Source: a virus
Taxonomy: Duplodnaviria; Heunggongvirae; Uroviricota; Caudoviricetes
IMG/VR virus record: IMGVR_UViG_3300038443_000660
Span: 130,082-194,081 of that record
Strand: one strand, 5' to 3'
DNA: 64,000 nt
This document shows positions 44,348 through 53,471 of this stretch, piece after piece; position 1 is the first letter of the stretch; every line of letters starts with the position of its first letter. The notes beneath the pieces were generated by a model that saw only the letters and a program-made list of their open reading frames with translations, was not told where the DNA came from and did no database searches. The position numbers were made by a program, and so were the translations under genes.

Positions 44348-44629
44348 TTGCCTAAGTATAAATTTAAGGAAGATGAAATTCTCGAATTAGTAAAGAATTA
44401 CATTGACTCCACGTATAATCAGCATTATTCTGGTAAAGACAATATCCAAACGGTAGAATACCTCTATTCTACCTTTGGAAACACAGATTTTCTTAATTCT
44501 AATATCATTAAGTACGCTTCCCGGATGAATAAGAAGGGTGAGCCTAAGAAAGACGTAATGAAGATTTTCCATTACGCCTTACTGGTATATTATTACGAAT
44601 TTCTCCATAATAAAGAACAAAAAGATTAA
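44348..44629 (+). CDS. DUF3310-like protein (nucleotide kinase-like family)
   Basis: Y..HY, F...N..KY..R..KKG....D..K..HY. Confidence 0.7.
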   Translation: MPKYKFKEDEILELVKNYIDSTYNQHYSGKDNIQTVEYLYSTFGNTDFLNSNIIKYASRMNKKGEPKKDVMKIFHYALLVYYYEFLHNKEQKD

Positions 44630-45309
44630 TGAAACTATCAAAAAACACAATCAGCGTTATTCAAAATTTTTCGACAATCAACCCATCGATGTATTTTCTA
44701 GAGGGGCAGAGACAACGGATTTTATCACAACTAAAAACCGTGTATGCAGAAGCTGAAATCGAGGAAGAACTTCCATCATCTTTTGCTTTGTATGACGTGC
44801 CAAAATTTCTTTCGATTCTATCGCTGTTTTCGGAACCTGAAATAACCATTACTGATAAACAGATTATTCTAAAGGAAAACGGGCAGAAAGCTACGTATCG
44901 TTTTTGTAACCCTGATTTGATTGTTCACCCGCCCGTAGGCAAAGAGATTCCTATCGGTGAAATTGTATACTCTTTTGAATTATCGGCAGAAAATTTAAAA
45001 ACAATTATGAAGGCCGTTAATCTGTACGATCAAGAAACAATAGCTATCAAGGCTGACGGTGAGAAGATTCTGTTGACAACCTTGAATGTCAAAGATTCTG
45101 GTTCAGATGGTTTGTCTTTTGCTATTGGTGAAACAAACCAATCTTTTCAATATGTTATCAGAACCGATAGCATGAAAATGTTGAATGTTGATTATGATGT
45201 TCAGATTTCCAAGAGTAAGGCGCTCATTTTTACGTCCAAAAATTCTGAACATAAAGTAAAATATATCATTCCTTCTGAATCCAATTATTCGAGCAATCCT
45301 AATGCCTAA
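44629..45309 (+). CDS. gp45: sliding clamp
   Basis: MKLS..T...I.NFS.IN, FA.YD...FLS; order 45-44-62-regA. Confidence 0.9.
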   Translation: MKLSKNTISVIQNFSTINPSMYFLEGQRQRILSQLKTVYAEAEIEEELPSSFALYDVPKFLSILSLFSEPEITITDKQIILKENGQKATYRFCNPDLIVHPPVGKEIPIGEIVYSFELSAENLKTIMKAVNLYDQETIAIKADGEKILLTTLNVKDSGSDGLSFAIGETNQSFQYVIRTDSMKMLNVDYDVQISKSKALIFTSKNSEHKVKYIIPSESNYSSNPNA

Positions 45310-46231
45310 GTATTCTGATTTAATTTTAGCTGAAAAATATCGTCCCAATACGGTTGATGAATGTATCCTTCCGGTCAAAATCAAGGACGACTTCAATAAT
45401 ATGGTGAAGCGTGGTTCGTTTCCTAATTTGCTGTTATCCGGCCCTTCTGGTACTGGTAAGACTTCACTTGCAATCGCTTTGTGCAAGGAATTGGACCTTG
45501 ATTATATGATTGTCAATGGTTCTCTAAACGGCAATATCGATACGCTGCGAAACGAAATCCAACAATATGCATCTTCTGTGTCGATGTTTAACGATAAGAG
45601 AAAAGTTGTCATCATTGACGAAGCCGACTACTTGAGCCATGTCACTCAACCGGCACTCCGAGGATTTCTTGAAGAATATTCTAACACGTCATTCATTATG
45701 ACGTGCAACTTCCCTAATCGAATTATTGACCCAATTAAGGGCAGATGTTCAACCATCGACTTCAATTTTCCGGCAGCAGAACGTAACCAACTGTTGAAGG
45801 AAACGATTCAGCATATCAAAACGATTTTGGAAAATGAAAATATCGAGTTCGACATTCGTGCTGTAGCACAGTTTTGCAGTCAATTGTTTCCAAATATTCG
45901 AAAAATTATTAACGAACTTCAACGATACTCCGTATCTGGTAAGATTGATGCTGGCATCCTTGGTAAGAAATCCGAAATAGGTGATGTAATCAAAATCTTG
46001 AAGTTGAAAGATTTCAAGGAACTGCGAACATGGGTTGGTGAGAATTCTTCTGTAGATTTCCCTATGTTTATCCATGATTTGTATACGGAATTATCGAAAG
46101 AAATTAGAGAATCCAGCATTCCGGCGCTCGTGCTTATTCTGTCGGAATACGATTATAAAAATTCTTTTGTGTCCAATAGAGAAGTCAATATGGCAGCAAT
46201 GATGTATTCAATAATGCAGGAATGTATGTAA
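45302..46231 (+). CDS. gp44: clamp loader large subunit
   Basis: EKYRP, GPSGTGKT, IIDEAD, FIMTCN. Confidence 0.93.
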   Translation: MPKYSDLILAEKYRPNTVDECILPVKIKDDFNNMVKRGSFPNLLLSGPSGTGKTSLAIALCKELDLDYMIVNGSLNGNIDTLRNEIQQYASSVSMFNDKRKVVIIDEADYLSHVTQPALRGFLEEYSNTSFIMTCNFPNRIIDPIKGRCSTIDFNFPAAERNQLLKETIQHIKTILENENIEFDIRAVAQFCSQLFPNIRKIINELQRYSVSGKIDAGILGKKSEIGDVIKILKLKDFKELRTWVGENSSVDFPMFIHDLYTELSKEIRESSIPALVLILSEYDYKNSFVSNREVNMAAMMYSIMQECM

Positions 46232-46608
46232 AAATGCCTTCTCCGTTTGATTTTGTCAAATCTATTAACAACAAAGAATACATCTTCGAAGAAAACCTTG
46301 ACAAAAAAGACTATACCGCATACATTGTTAATAAGGTTTTTTCATTCTTTCCAGATACAATTTATCTGGTGAATGAAATCAACCAATATCCTAGTGTTGA
46401 ACCCAAACAACATTATGATTTTTTATATAATGTCGTTTCCAAGAAGAATCGATACTCAAAATGGGTAAAATCTACAAAAGATGATACAGCCTTGGCAATA
46501 TCTAAGGCGTTAAATATCAGATATGAGCGGGCCATAGAAATTATGGACACTCTAGATGAAGAAAAACTATCTCAACTGATAGATTCACTAACTATCATAG
46601 AGGGTTGA
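46222..46608 (+). CDS. gp62: clamp loader small subunit
   Basis: Y..Y.VNK..S.F.DT...VNE.N, K.R.SKW.K. Confidence 0.88.
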   Translation: MYVKMPSPFDFVKSINNKEYIFEENLDKKDYTAYIVNKVFSFFPDTIYLVNEINQYPSVEPKQHYDFLYNVVSKKNRYSKWVKSTKDDTALAISKALNIRYERAIEIMDTLDEEKLSQLIDSLTIIEG

Positions 46609-46629
46609 ACATAGAACAGCGAAAAAAGG

Positions 46630-47082
46630 ATGAAAAAATTGGCTGACGAATATAATAAGATAGTGGACTCGTTTGTATGGGTAGAATTACCAAACCCTAA
46701 CAATTTCTTGAAGGTTAAGGAAACGCTAACTAGAATTGGTGTGGCATCAACCGCCAAGCATGAATTGTATCAATCGGCGCACATTCTGCATAAGCAGGGC
46801 AGATACGCAATTGTTCACTTCAAGGAACTTTTAGCACTTGATGGCAAGGCAACTAATTTCAGCGAATCTGACATTGCTCGTAGAAACACGATTGCAAACA
46901 TTTTAGCTGGATGGGGATTGATTACTATATGCAATCCAGAAATGACTAAAACTCCCACTTGCTCTCCAAAGGAAATTAAAATTATTCCTTACAAGGAAAA
47001 GAGCAATTGGACACTTATCCCTAAGTATGCAATCGGCAAGCATTCTGTCAAATCTGGTGTATCCAAGAAAGAGACTGCATAA
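46630..47082 (+). CDS. regA: translational repressor
   Basis: FLKVKETLTRIGVA, LYQSAHILHKQGRY.IVHFKEL. Confidence 0.93.
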   Translation: MKKLADEYNKIVDSFVWVELPNPNNFLKVKETLTRIGVASTAKHELYQSAHILHKQGRYAIVHFKELLALDGKATNFSESDIARRNTIANILAGWGLITICNPEMTKTPTCSPKEIKIIPYKEKSNWTLIPKYAIGKHSVKSGVSKKETA

Positions 47083-47083
47083 T

Positions 47084-47320
47084 ATGATATTTGATAACAT
47101 TTATGATTTTCCAGCATTGGTTTCTGAAATAAATTCGTATCAACGCATGTATGATAATTGGTTATCAGAGTTGCGGCGAATTATGGTGGAAAAATATCAT
47201 CTGTCATCCGAAGTTATTGAAACGTACTCCACTCCTGAAAATTGGAAGGATTACTACGATGAAGATTTTACACCTTCCGAAGCATTGGAAGAAGATTCAG
47301 GATATTGGTACGAAGCATGA
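47084..47320 (+). CDS. hypothetical protein
   Basis: ATG at 47084; W..YY....TP.EA..E. Confidence 0.55.
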   Translation: MIFDNIYDFPALVSEINSYQRMYDNWLSELRRIMVEKYHLSSEVIETYSTPENWKDYYDEDFTPSEALEEDSGYWYEA

Positions 47321-47730
47321 GTTTAACAAATTTTCAAAAAGTTCGTGAGTTTCACGAAAAGTTCGGCCTTCTTATTAACGATAAGCCAACCGTTCCAGAG
47401 TTAAAGGTCGTGTCGCTTCGAAAGAAGTTAATCAATGAAGAACATGATGAATTGATGGAAGAAATGAATCCTCATATCAATTCTGGCGGTCATGAAGAAA
47501 TACATATGGCAAACACGGCTAAAGAATTGGCGGATTTGTTGTATGTATGCTATGGTATGGCAGTCAGTTTCGGCATTGACATTGATGCTGTCTTTGATGA
47601 AGTTCATAGTTCCAATATGTCTAAGTTGGGTGATGATGGAAAGCCGATCTTCAACGAATTCGGCAAGGTGATGAAGTCCAAAAACTATCGGCAGGCCGAT
47701 ATCAACAAGGTTCTGGAAAGGGCACAATAA
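47317..47730 (+). CDS. PRA-PH/MazG-like NTP pyrophosphatase
   Basis: V.EFH..F, LI.EE..E, KELADLLYV, EVH.SNMSKL, GKV.K. Confidence 0.85.
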   Translation: MSLTNFQKVREFHEKFGLLINDKPTVPELKVVSLRKKLINEEHDELMEEMNPHINSGGHEEIHMANTAKELADLLYVCYGMAVSFGIDIDAVFDEVHSSNMSKLGDDGKPIFNEFGKVMKSKNYRQADINKVLERAQ

Positions 47731-47831
47731 TGTTTAGTTTTGTAGTTTTGGTAGTCGTTCTGGTGGCTGTTTACGTAGTCTACCAGAAGAACAAGAATAA
47801 GTCGAAGGATGACGATTCGTCTGAAATTTGA
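47730..47831 (+). CDS. 33-aa single-pass membrane microprotein not in the ORF track
   Basis: MFSFVVLVVVLVAVYVVYQKNKNKSKDDDSSEI; TAATG coupling. Confidence 0.6.
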   Translation: MFSFVVLVVVLVAVYVVYQKNKNKSKDDDSSEI

Positions 47832-47837
47832 TAAAGG

Positions 47838-47862
47838 AAAGCCCCCGAAAGGGGGCTTTTTT
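47838..47862. terminator. bidirectional terminator
   Basis: AAAGCCCCC-GAAA-GGGGGCTTTTTT. Confidence 0.85.
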
Positions 47863-47863
47863 A

Positions 47864-48679
47864 TTAGCTAAGAAGCAGCGTGGAACCATAGCCATTATGG
47901 GCAAGTGGCCGAGAGAGATTAACCTTGCTACCTGCATCGGCACCAGCGGTTCGACCACCAATTGCATTCGCCTTCGACTTATTCTGGACCTTGTACAGTT
48001 TTGGTCCATGAAGCTTCAATTGCTCGTCAACAAAATCTTTCTTGGCGAGTGAAATCATTGCCGTTCCGGTAGTCTGTTTTGCTACCTTGGCAGCAGCTTC
48101 ATCAGACATTCCCAACATGCGTTCCTTTAGCTGTTCGGCGTGATAATCAGCAGCTTTCTTTTCGGCTACCAATCGCTCAATCGTCATTTCGTCAAGCCGT
48201 TCTGAAATCCGAGCGGCCATACCGTTGTAGAAGGAAAACGTCTGCCGCCTCTTATAAGCCGACATTTTATAAACGTCTGTCTGCTTGAATTCATCAACCG
48301 CCCGGTTAGCAGCGGATTTAATCAAGCCCGATAGATAAACGGCCATCTGCACATCCGGCTCAAGTCCGAAAAACATGAGTCGGATACCACCGATATATCG
48401 AGTGCGGTTCTGCCAGCAACGAACCTGACAAAATTTGGCTACTGCCTGTGCCGTCGAAAATGAGACAGAACGATGCTTGGATTCCGTATCAAATTCGTGG
48501 GTGACGCACTTTTCCTGCCGTACAGTCACTTCGTCCATGGTCAGATTGAAGCGGTCGAGAAGCGTTCCAATCATCTTGGATGCAGCGAAGAATTCGTTTT
48601 CCGTGCAACCATTCTCGATGGTCTTTGACGAAAGAGCCAAAATCTTTCGCTTGGCGGCTTCTAGTTCACGTTCCTGCAT
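47864..48679 (-). CDS. DUF2786-domain protein
   Basis: KI.AL..K....G.TE.E...A......L...NL N-terminal motif. Confidence 0.75.
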   Translation of the reverse strand: MQERELEAAKRKILALSSKTIENGCTENEFFAASKMIGTLLDRFNLTMDEVTVRQEKCVTHEFDTESKHRSVSFSTAQAVAKFCQVRCWQNRTRYIGGIRLMFFGLEPDVQMAVYLSGLIKSAANRAVDEFKQTDVYKMSAYKRRQTFSFYNGMAARISERLDEMTIERLVAEKKAADYHAEQLKERMLGMSDEAAAKVAKQTTGTAMISLAKKDFVDEQLKLHGPKLYKVQNKSKANAIGGRTAGADAGSKVNLSRPLAHNGYGSTLLLS

Positions 48680-48707
48680 ATTTCACCTTCCTCATTTCTA
48701 CATTTTC

Positions 48708-48736
48708 ATATTATAGGGAAATAAAGCCTTGTCAAG
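48708..48736 (-). promoter_or_regulatory. sigma70-type promoter
   Basis: CTTGAC-N17-TAATAT. Confidence 0.7.
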
Positions 48737-48738
48737 CT

Positions 48739-49194
48739 TTAATAATAGAAATTTCCATCATCGGTTATCACTGGCTTCATGAACTTCTGAAATTTCACAC
48801 CTTCCTTTGCGGCGGAAAACCAGAGATAGTATCTGTCGGCGTTCATGAACTTAATCATAAGTTCCATGTACATGCCAACGAAACCGGGGCCATGATGCAA
48901 CCCGTTGTCATGAATATTTCTAGTCATAGAATGAGCCAATTCGTGTAGAATTGTCTGTTGTGTCGTATTCTCATTTTTGGGGAAAAACACAGAGAGACGA
49001 TTCGCTTCACCCAAATTTTGATTTTTGCCGTGCATGGCTTCGACGGCTGGTGGATACTTCAATCCCATTTCTGACCAAACGTGGTCCACGTACTCTTGAA
49101 TTTCCTTAAATGAGAACGTTTTCGGTGACTTGAACAGATGATTACCGACTCGCTGTTCCCAATCGTAAACTTTCTGTTTTTGGCTGTCTCGCAT
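48739..49194 (-). CDS. SprT/Rv0185-like HExxH metallohydrolase
   Basis: RDSQK.KVY.WE, ILHELAH, HGPGF. Confidence 0.75.
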   Translation of the reverse strand: MRDSQKQKVYDWEQRVGNHLFKSPKTFSFKEIQEYVDHVWSEMGLKYPPAVEAMHGKNQNLGEANRLSVFFPKNENTTQQTILHELAHSMTRNIHDNGLHHGPGFVGMYMELMIKFMNADRYYLWFSAAKEGVKFQKFMKPVITDDGNFYY

Positions 49195-49220
49195 TTGTAT
49201 CTTGTCCTATATTCATCAAC

Positions 49221-49249
49221 AATATATAGCATCTATAGAAAATGTCAAC
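49221..49249 (-). promoter_or_regulatory. sigma70-type promoter
   Basis: GTTGAC-N17-TATATT. Confidence 0.75.
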
Positions 49250-49273
49250 CCACAAAATTCAACTCAATTTTCA

Positions 49274-49302
49274 TTGACACAACTATAAATATGGGGTAAT
49301 GT
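49274..49302 (+). promoter_or_regulatory. sigma70-type promoter for gp43 with nested late motif
   Basis: TTGACA-N17-TAATGT; TATAAATA at 49284-49291. Confidence 0.7.
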
Positions 49303-49335
49303 ACATGAAACAACTACAAGTGCAGGCTTTAAATC

Positions 49336-51891
49336 ATTACAGAATTTTATACTAAAATTGAACAACAGTTCAATACAGTTTTCATTCGTGGCTACAGAAA
49401 CGGCCAATCCTTTCAAGAAAAAGTTCATTTTGAACCTTCGCTGTATATACCACATATTGGTATGGATACGGTACATGAGTCGATTGATGGCATCAAGTTA
49501 GCCCCAAAGAAGTTTGATTCCATTTCTGATGCCAGATCATTCATGGATAGAATGAACCGGGCACCGAATTTCACGCTCTATGGTCAACATAATTGGGTTA
49601 ATCAGTTCATTCATGAACGATACCCGAATGAAATTGATTACGATGATTCTTTAATCAAAATTGGTTACATCGATATTGAAACGGATTCGGAGACAGGTTT
49701 TCCGAATGTGATGGAAGCCGACAAAGAAATCAACGCAATTACGCTGATTGTTAATGGAGAATGTTATTGTTGGGGATTGAAACCCGTCAATGTTCCTGAT
49801 GGTGTGAAGTATTTCCATTTTGAAACTGAAATGGAATTGTTACAACATTTTGTCAGAATTTGGGAACAGTTAAAACTTGATGCTATTTCCGGCTGGAATA
49901 GTCAAGGCTTCGACATGGCCTATATTGTTCGAAGGCTTACTCGTATTTTTTCTATGGAAAAGGCCAAGAGATTGTCGGTGTGGGGTATTGTAAAGCCACG
50001 TCTGATGAAATCATATCGTGGTACAGATATTGAAGTATTTGATATCTTTGGTTTAATTGACCTTGACTATCTTCCTGCTTTCAAAAAATTTCGCCCGCCG
50101 TCTCTGAATCCTGACGACAACCGACTAGATACGATTGCACATGTCGTATTAGGCGAAAAGAAACTGGACTATTCCGAATATGGTTCTTTGAGAAAGTTAT
50201 ATCGTGAAAATCCACAGCTTTTCTATGAATATAACATCAAGGATACTAAACTTGTTCAACGAATGGAAGATAAGTTGAACATAATTAAGCTAATGTTCAA
50301 CATGGCTTATTCTGCTAAGGTAAATATACAGGATTGTTATAGACCAACCGCCGTTTGGGACTCAATTATCTATGGATATTTATTTAACAAAAATAAAATT
50401 CCACATATTCCAAAAGGATATGAGGCATCAACTGGTCAATTTACTGGTGCATTGGTTAAAGAGCCACCTATCGGCAGATACAAGTGGGTGCAGGGATTTG
50501 ACCTGACATCATTGTATCCGTCAATATTTTTGCAAACAAATATCGGTCCAGATACTATTCGAGATTCTTTTGACGTTGATTTGAATTCTCTGATTGATGG
50601 TAAACCACATGGTTACGAGCAATATCTGAAAGATAATAATCTTTCAATGTCAGCATCTGGTGTAACTTTTACTAAGGATTTTACATCTTTCATTGTTGAG
50701 ATTGTTCAGATGTTTTTTGATAAAAGACAGATGTTCAAGAAAAAAATGCTCGCCGCCAAGAAAGACTTAGAAGCAGTTAAAGCTAAAACTCATACACATA
50801 AAACCAAACAAGATGAATTGGATATCAAAAAACATTCTGGTGACGTAATCAAATACGATATTTATCAGCAGAATACCAAGATTTTGATTAATGCATTCTA
50901 TGGTGCATCTGGTAATGAAGGTTTTCGTTATTTCGACCTTAGAATTGCAGAATCTATTACAAAATTTGGTCAAGTTATCATTAAGACTGGTGAAAGGGCT
51001 ATCAATAAATATCTGAACAAAATAACTGGTCTTGATTTGGATTGGATTGTGGCTTCGGATACTGACTCATTGATTATAAATCTTGAACCGTTAATCCGTC
51101 ATGTGAAGCTGATGGATAGGCCGAATGATAAAATTGTCGAGTTTATTGTTAAGTTTGGTACTGAAAAAATTCAACCCGTTTTGGATAAGGCGTTCCGTGA
51201 ACTTGGCGACAAGATGAACTCTTTCCAACATAAACTTCACATGAAACAAGAAAAGGTGTGTTCTGATTTAGTTATCATGAGAAAGAAGCGATATCTTTAC
51301 TATGTGTTGGCAAACGAAGGTGTAGTGTATGATGAACCAAAGATTGAAATCACCGGTCTAGAAGCTGTCAGAACGGTTGTTCCTGAATTTTGCCGTAACA
51401 AATTGAAAGAATATTATAAGCTTGTATTGACCGGTTCAGAAGCAGAAATGCAGTCATTTGTTGATAAAGTAAGAGATGATTTCTTCCATAAGAAATTTGA
51501 TGAAATTGCTTCGCCAAAAGGTTGTAAAGGTTTGACTAAGTATGGTGATTCTACGCTGATTTATAGACATGAAAAGGGTGCGGCTGTACCGATACATACC
51601 AGAGCGGCGCTTCTGTATAATCATTATCTACGCAAAATGAATTTGGACACACAGTATGAAACTATTCTAGAAGGTGAAAAGATTAAATTTTGCTATCTTA
51701 AGATGCCAAATCCTATCGGTGAGAATGTCATCGCCGCACCAAGAATGTTGCCACCAGAAATGGGTTTGGATGAATACATAGACTATGAAACTCAATTTCA
51801 AAAGACCTTTCTTGCTCCAATCGATGCTATGAATACTGTAGTTGGTTGGGAAAAAGAAACAAGAACTACATTAGAAGGACTATTTGTATAA
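49336..51891 (+). CDS. gp43: family B DNA polymerase (proposed ATT start)
   Basis: IDIET, GWNS..FD, FDLTSLYPS, KILINA.YG, SDTDS; N-terminal xEFY homology lies upstream of ATG 49462. Confidence 0.95.
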   Translation: MTEFYTKIEQQFNTVFIRGYRNGQSFQEKVHFEPSLYIPHIGMDTVHESIDGIKLAPKKFDSISDARSFMDRMNRAPNFTLYGQHNWVNQFIHERYPNEIDYDDSLIKIGYIDIETDSETGFPNVMEADKEINAITLIVNGECYCWGLKPVNVPDGVKYFHFETEMELLQHFVRIWEQLKLDAISGWNSQGFDMAYIVRRLTRIFSMEKAKRLSVWGIVKPRLMKSYRGTDIEVFDIFGLIDLDYLPAFKKFRPPSLNPDDNRLDTIAHVVLGEKKLDYSEYGSLRKLYRENPQLFYEYNIKDTKLVQRMEDKLNIIKLMFNMAYSAKVNIQDCYRPTAVWDSIIYGYLFNKNKIPHIPKGYEASTGQFTGALVKEPPIGRYKWVQGFDLTSLYPSIFLQTNIGPDTIRDSFDVDLNSLIDGKPHGYEQYLKDNNLSMSASGVTFTKDFTSFIVEIVQMFFDKRQMFKKKMLAAKKDLEAVKAKTHTHKTKQDELDIKKHSGDVIKYDIYQQNTKILINAFYGASGNEGFRYFDLRIAESITKFGQVIIKTGERAINKYLNKITGLDLDWIVASDTDSLIINLEPLIRHVKLMDRPNDKIVEFIVKFGTEKIQPVLDKAFRELGDKMNSFQHKLHMKQEKVCSDLVIMRKKRYLYYVLANEGVVYDEPKIEITGLEAVRTVVPEFCRNKLKEYYKLVLTGSEAEMQSFVDKVRDDFFHKKFDEIASPKGCKGLTKYGDSTLIYRHEKGAAVPIHTRAALLYNHYLRKMNLDTQYETILEGEKIKFCYLKMPNPIGENVIAAPRMLPPEMGLDEYIDYETQFQKTFLAPIDAMNTVVGWEKETRTTLEGLFV

Positions 51892-52171
51892 CATGGCAGT
51901 ATCGAAAGATATCAATTCTATTATTGGTGAATATCTTGATTTAAATAACGAATTTGGATTTGTGACATCTGACAAAGTGGTCGATGAAGATAATCAAAGT
52001 ATTCAAGACTACAAAGAAAGATTAAATCAAATAGAACAATTAATTATGCCTTTGCTGGCTAATTTACATGGAACGGCAAAGGACGATTATATATACTGGC
52101 CAAATAGAAAAGAGCCACTAGAGCAAAAAATCAAAGAGTTTCTAAAGTTAACACGAGGAACTACTGCATAA
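51884..52171 (+). CDS. conserved hypothetical protein
   Basis: I.PLL.NL......YIYWPNR. Confidence 0.65.
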   Translation: MYNMAVSKDINSIIGEYLDLNNEFGFVTSDKVVDEDNQSIQDYKERLNQIEQLIMPLLANLHGTAKDDYIYWPNRKEPLEQKIKEFLKLTRGTTA

Positions 52172-52256
52172 ATACTATGGTCGCTTAACAAGAATGGGCG
52201 ACTATAAATTAATAACATTCTATACACACAACTTACAAATATAGGAATACAAATAC

Positions 52257-53369
52257 ATGAAAGACAAAGCATTTTTAAAGCTTCTAAAAGAAGCTAATCC
52301 AGATTATGATGGCGATTCTGTCACCACAAAAGAATTCATTGATACTGGTTCGTATATTCTTAACGCCGCTATTTCTACTTCACTTTACGGCGGGTTTCCG
52401 AGCAATAGAATATCCGTAGTTCACTCTAAGGCGGGTGTTGGTAAAAGTTATTTTTGCATGTCGGCAGTGAAGACTACGTTGGATAAAAATCCAGATGCCC
52501 AAGCGTTATATTTTGACACTGAATATGCTATTGATGATGAATTCTTGCTCAAAAGAGATATTGACCCTGACAGAGTGCATGTCATGCAGCCTGATACAAT
52601 TGAAGATTTTAAAACGATTTCATTAAAATTTTTACAATCATATCAAGATTTAGAACCATCCAAACAGAAAAAGATGATTATGGTTCTTGATTCTCTTGGA
52701 ATGCTTCCATCTATCAAGGAAGATGAAGATTCCCAAAAGGGTAAACATGTCAGAGACATGACTAAACAGCAAGGCGTTCGCTCATTGTTTAGAACAATTA
52801 CCCAAAAGCTTGGTAAAGTAGACATTCCGTTTATCGTAGCAAGTCATTCATATACGGACATCATGTCTTATGGGGCACCACAAAAAATGTCTGGCGGCGG
52901 CGGACTGGAATATGCCGCTTCCGTTATTCTTGCTCTGTCTAAGGCAAAAGATACAGAAGAAGTCAACGTGAAAGGCAAAAAGGTTAAGATTCATGATGGT
53001 AATATTATTACCGTAAAGGTTGATAAATCAAGATTTTCACGAGAAGGCCGAGTTGTTAAAACTAAACTTAACTTCAAAGATGGTATTGATCGTTATTATG
53101 GGCTTCTCCCTCTAGCTTCTCAATATGAAATCATCAAGAAAGTTTCGACACAATACGAAATGCCTGATGGTTCCAAACATTTTGAAAAGAATATCGTAGC
53201 CGATCCACAAAAATATTTTACAAAAGATATTTTGGATAAATTGGAAGAAGCGGCCAAGATACATTTCAGTTTAGGGTCAACGAGTCATGATATTGTGTTG
53301 ACAGATGAAGCTGAAATCGATAGTATAGAAGATGATGAAGCGGTAGATGGAAATGGTGTAGAAGAATAA
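52257..53369 (+). CDS. uvsX: RecA-like recombinase
   Basis: DTGSYILNA, GVGKS, YFDTE, LDSLG.L, KMSGGGG.EYAAS. Confidence 0.92.
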   Translation: MKDKAFLKLLKEANPDYDGDSVTTKEFIDTGSYILNAAISTSLYGGFPSNRISVVHSKAGVGKSYFCMSAVKTTLDKNPDAQALYFDTEYAIDDEFLLKRDIDPDRVHVMQPDTIEDFKTISLKFLQSYQDLEPSKQKKMIMVLDSLGMLPSIKEDEDSQKGKHVRDMTKQQGVRSLFRTITQKLGKVDIPFIVASHSYTDIMSYGAPQKMSGGGGLEYAASVILALSKAKDTEEVNVKGKKVKIHDGNIITVKVDKSRFSREGRVVKTKLNFKDGIDRYYGLLPLASQYEIIKKVSTQYEMPDGSKHFEKNIVADPQKYFTKDILDKLEEAAKIHFSLGSTSHDIVLTDEAEIDSIEDDEAVDGNGVEE

Positions 53370-53419
53370 GAATCCTGCTTCTATATACTCACATTAATAT
53401 ATAATCAGTCAAATACTGG

Positions 53420-53449
53420 TGAACCACCTTGAATTTACTTGGTGGTTCA
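53420..53449 (+). repeat. 9-bp inverted repeat upstream of gp41
   Basis: TGAACCACC-N12-GGTGGTTCA. Confidence 0.8.
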
Positions 53450-53471
53450 TCCATTACAATAGGTATAATAC

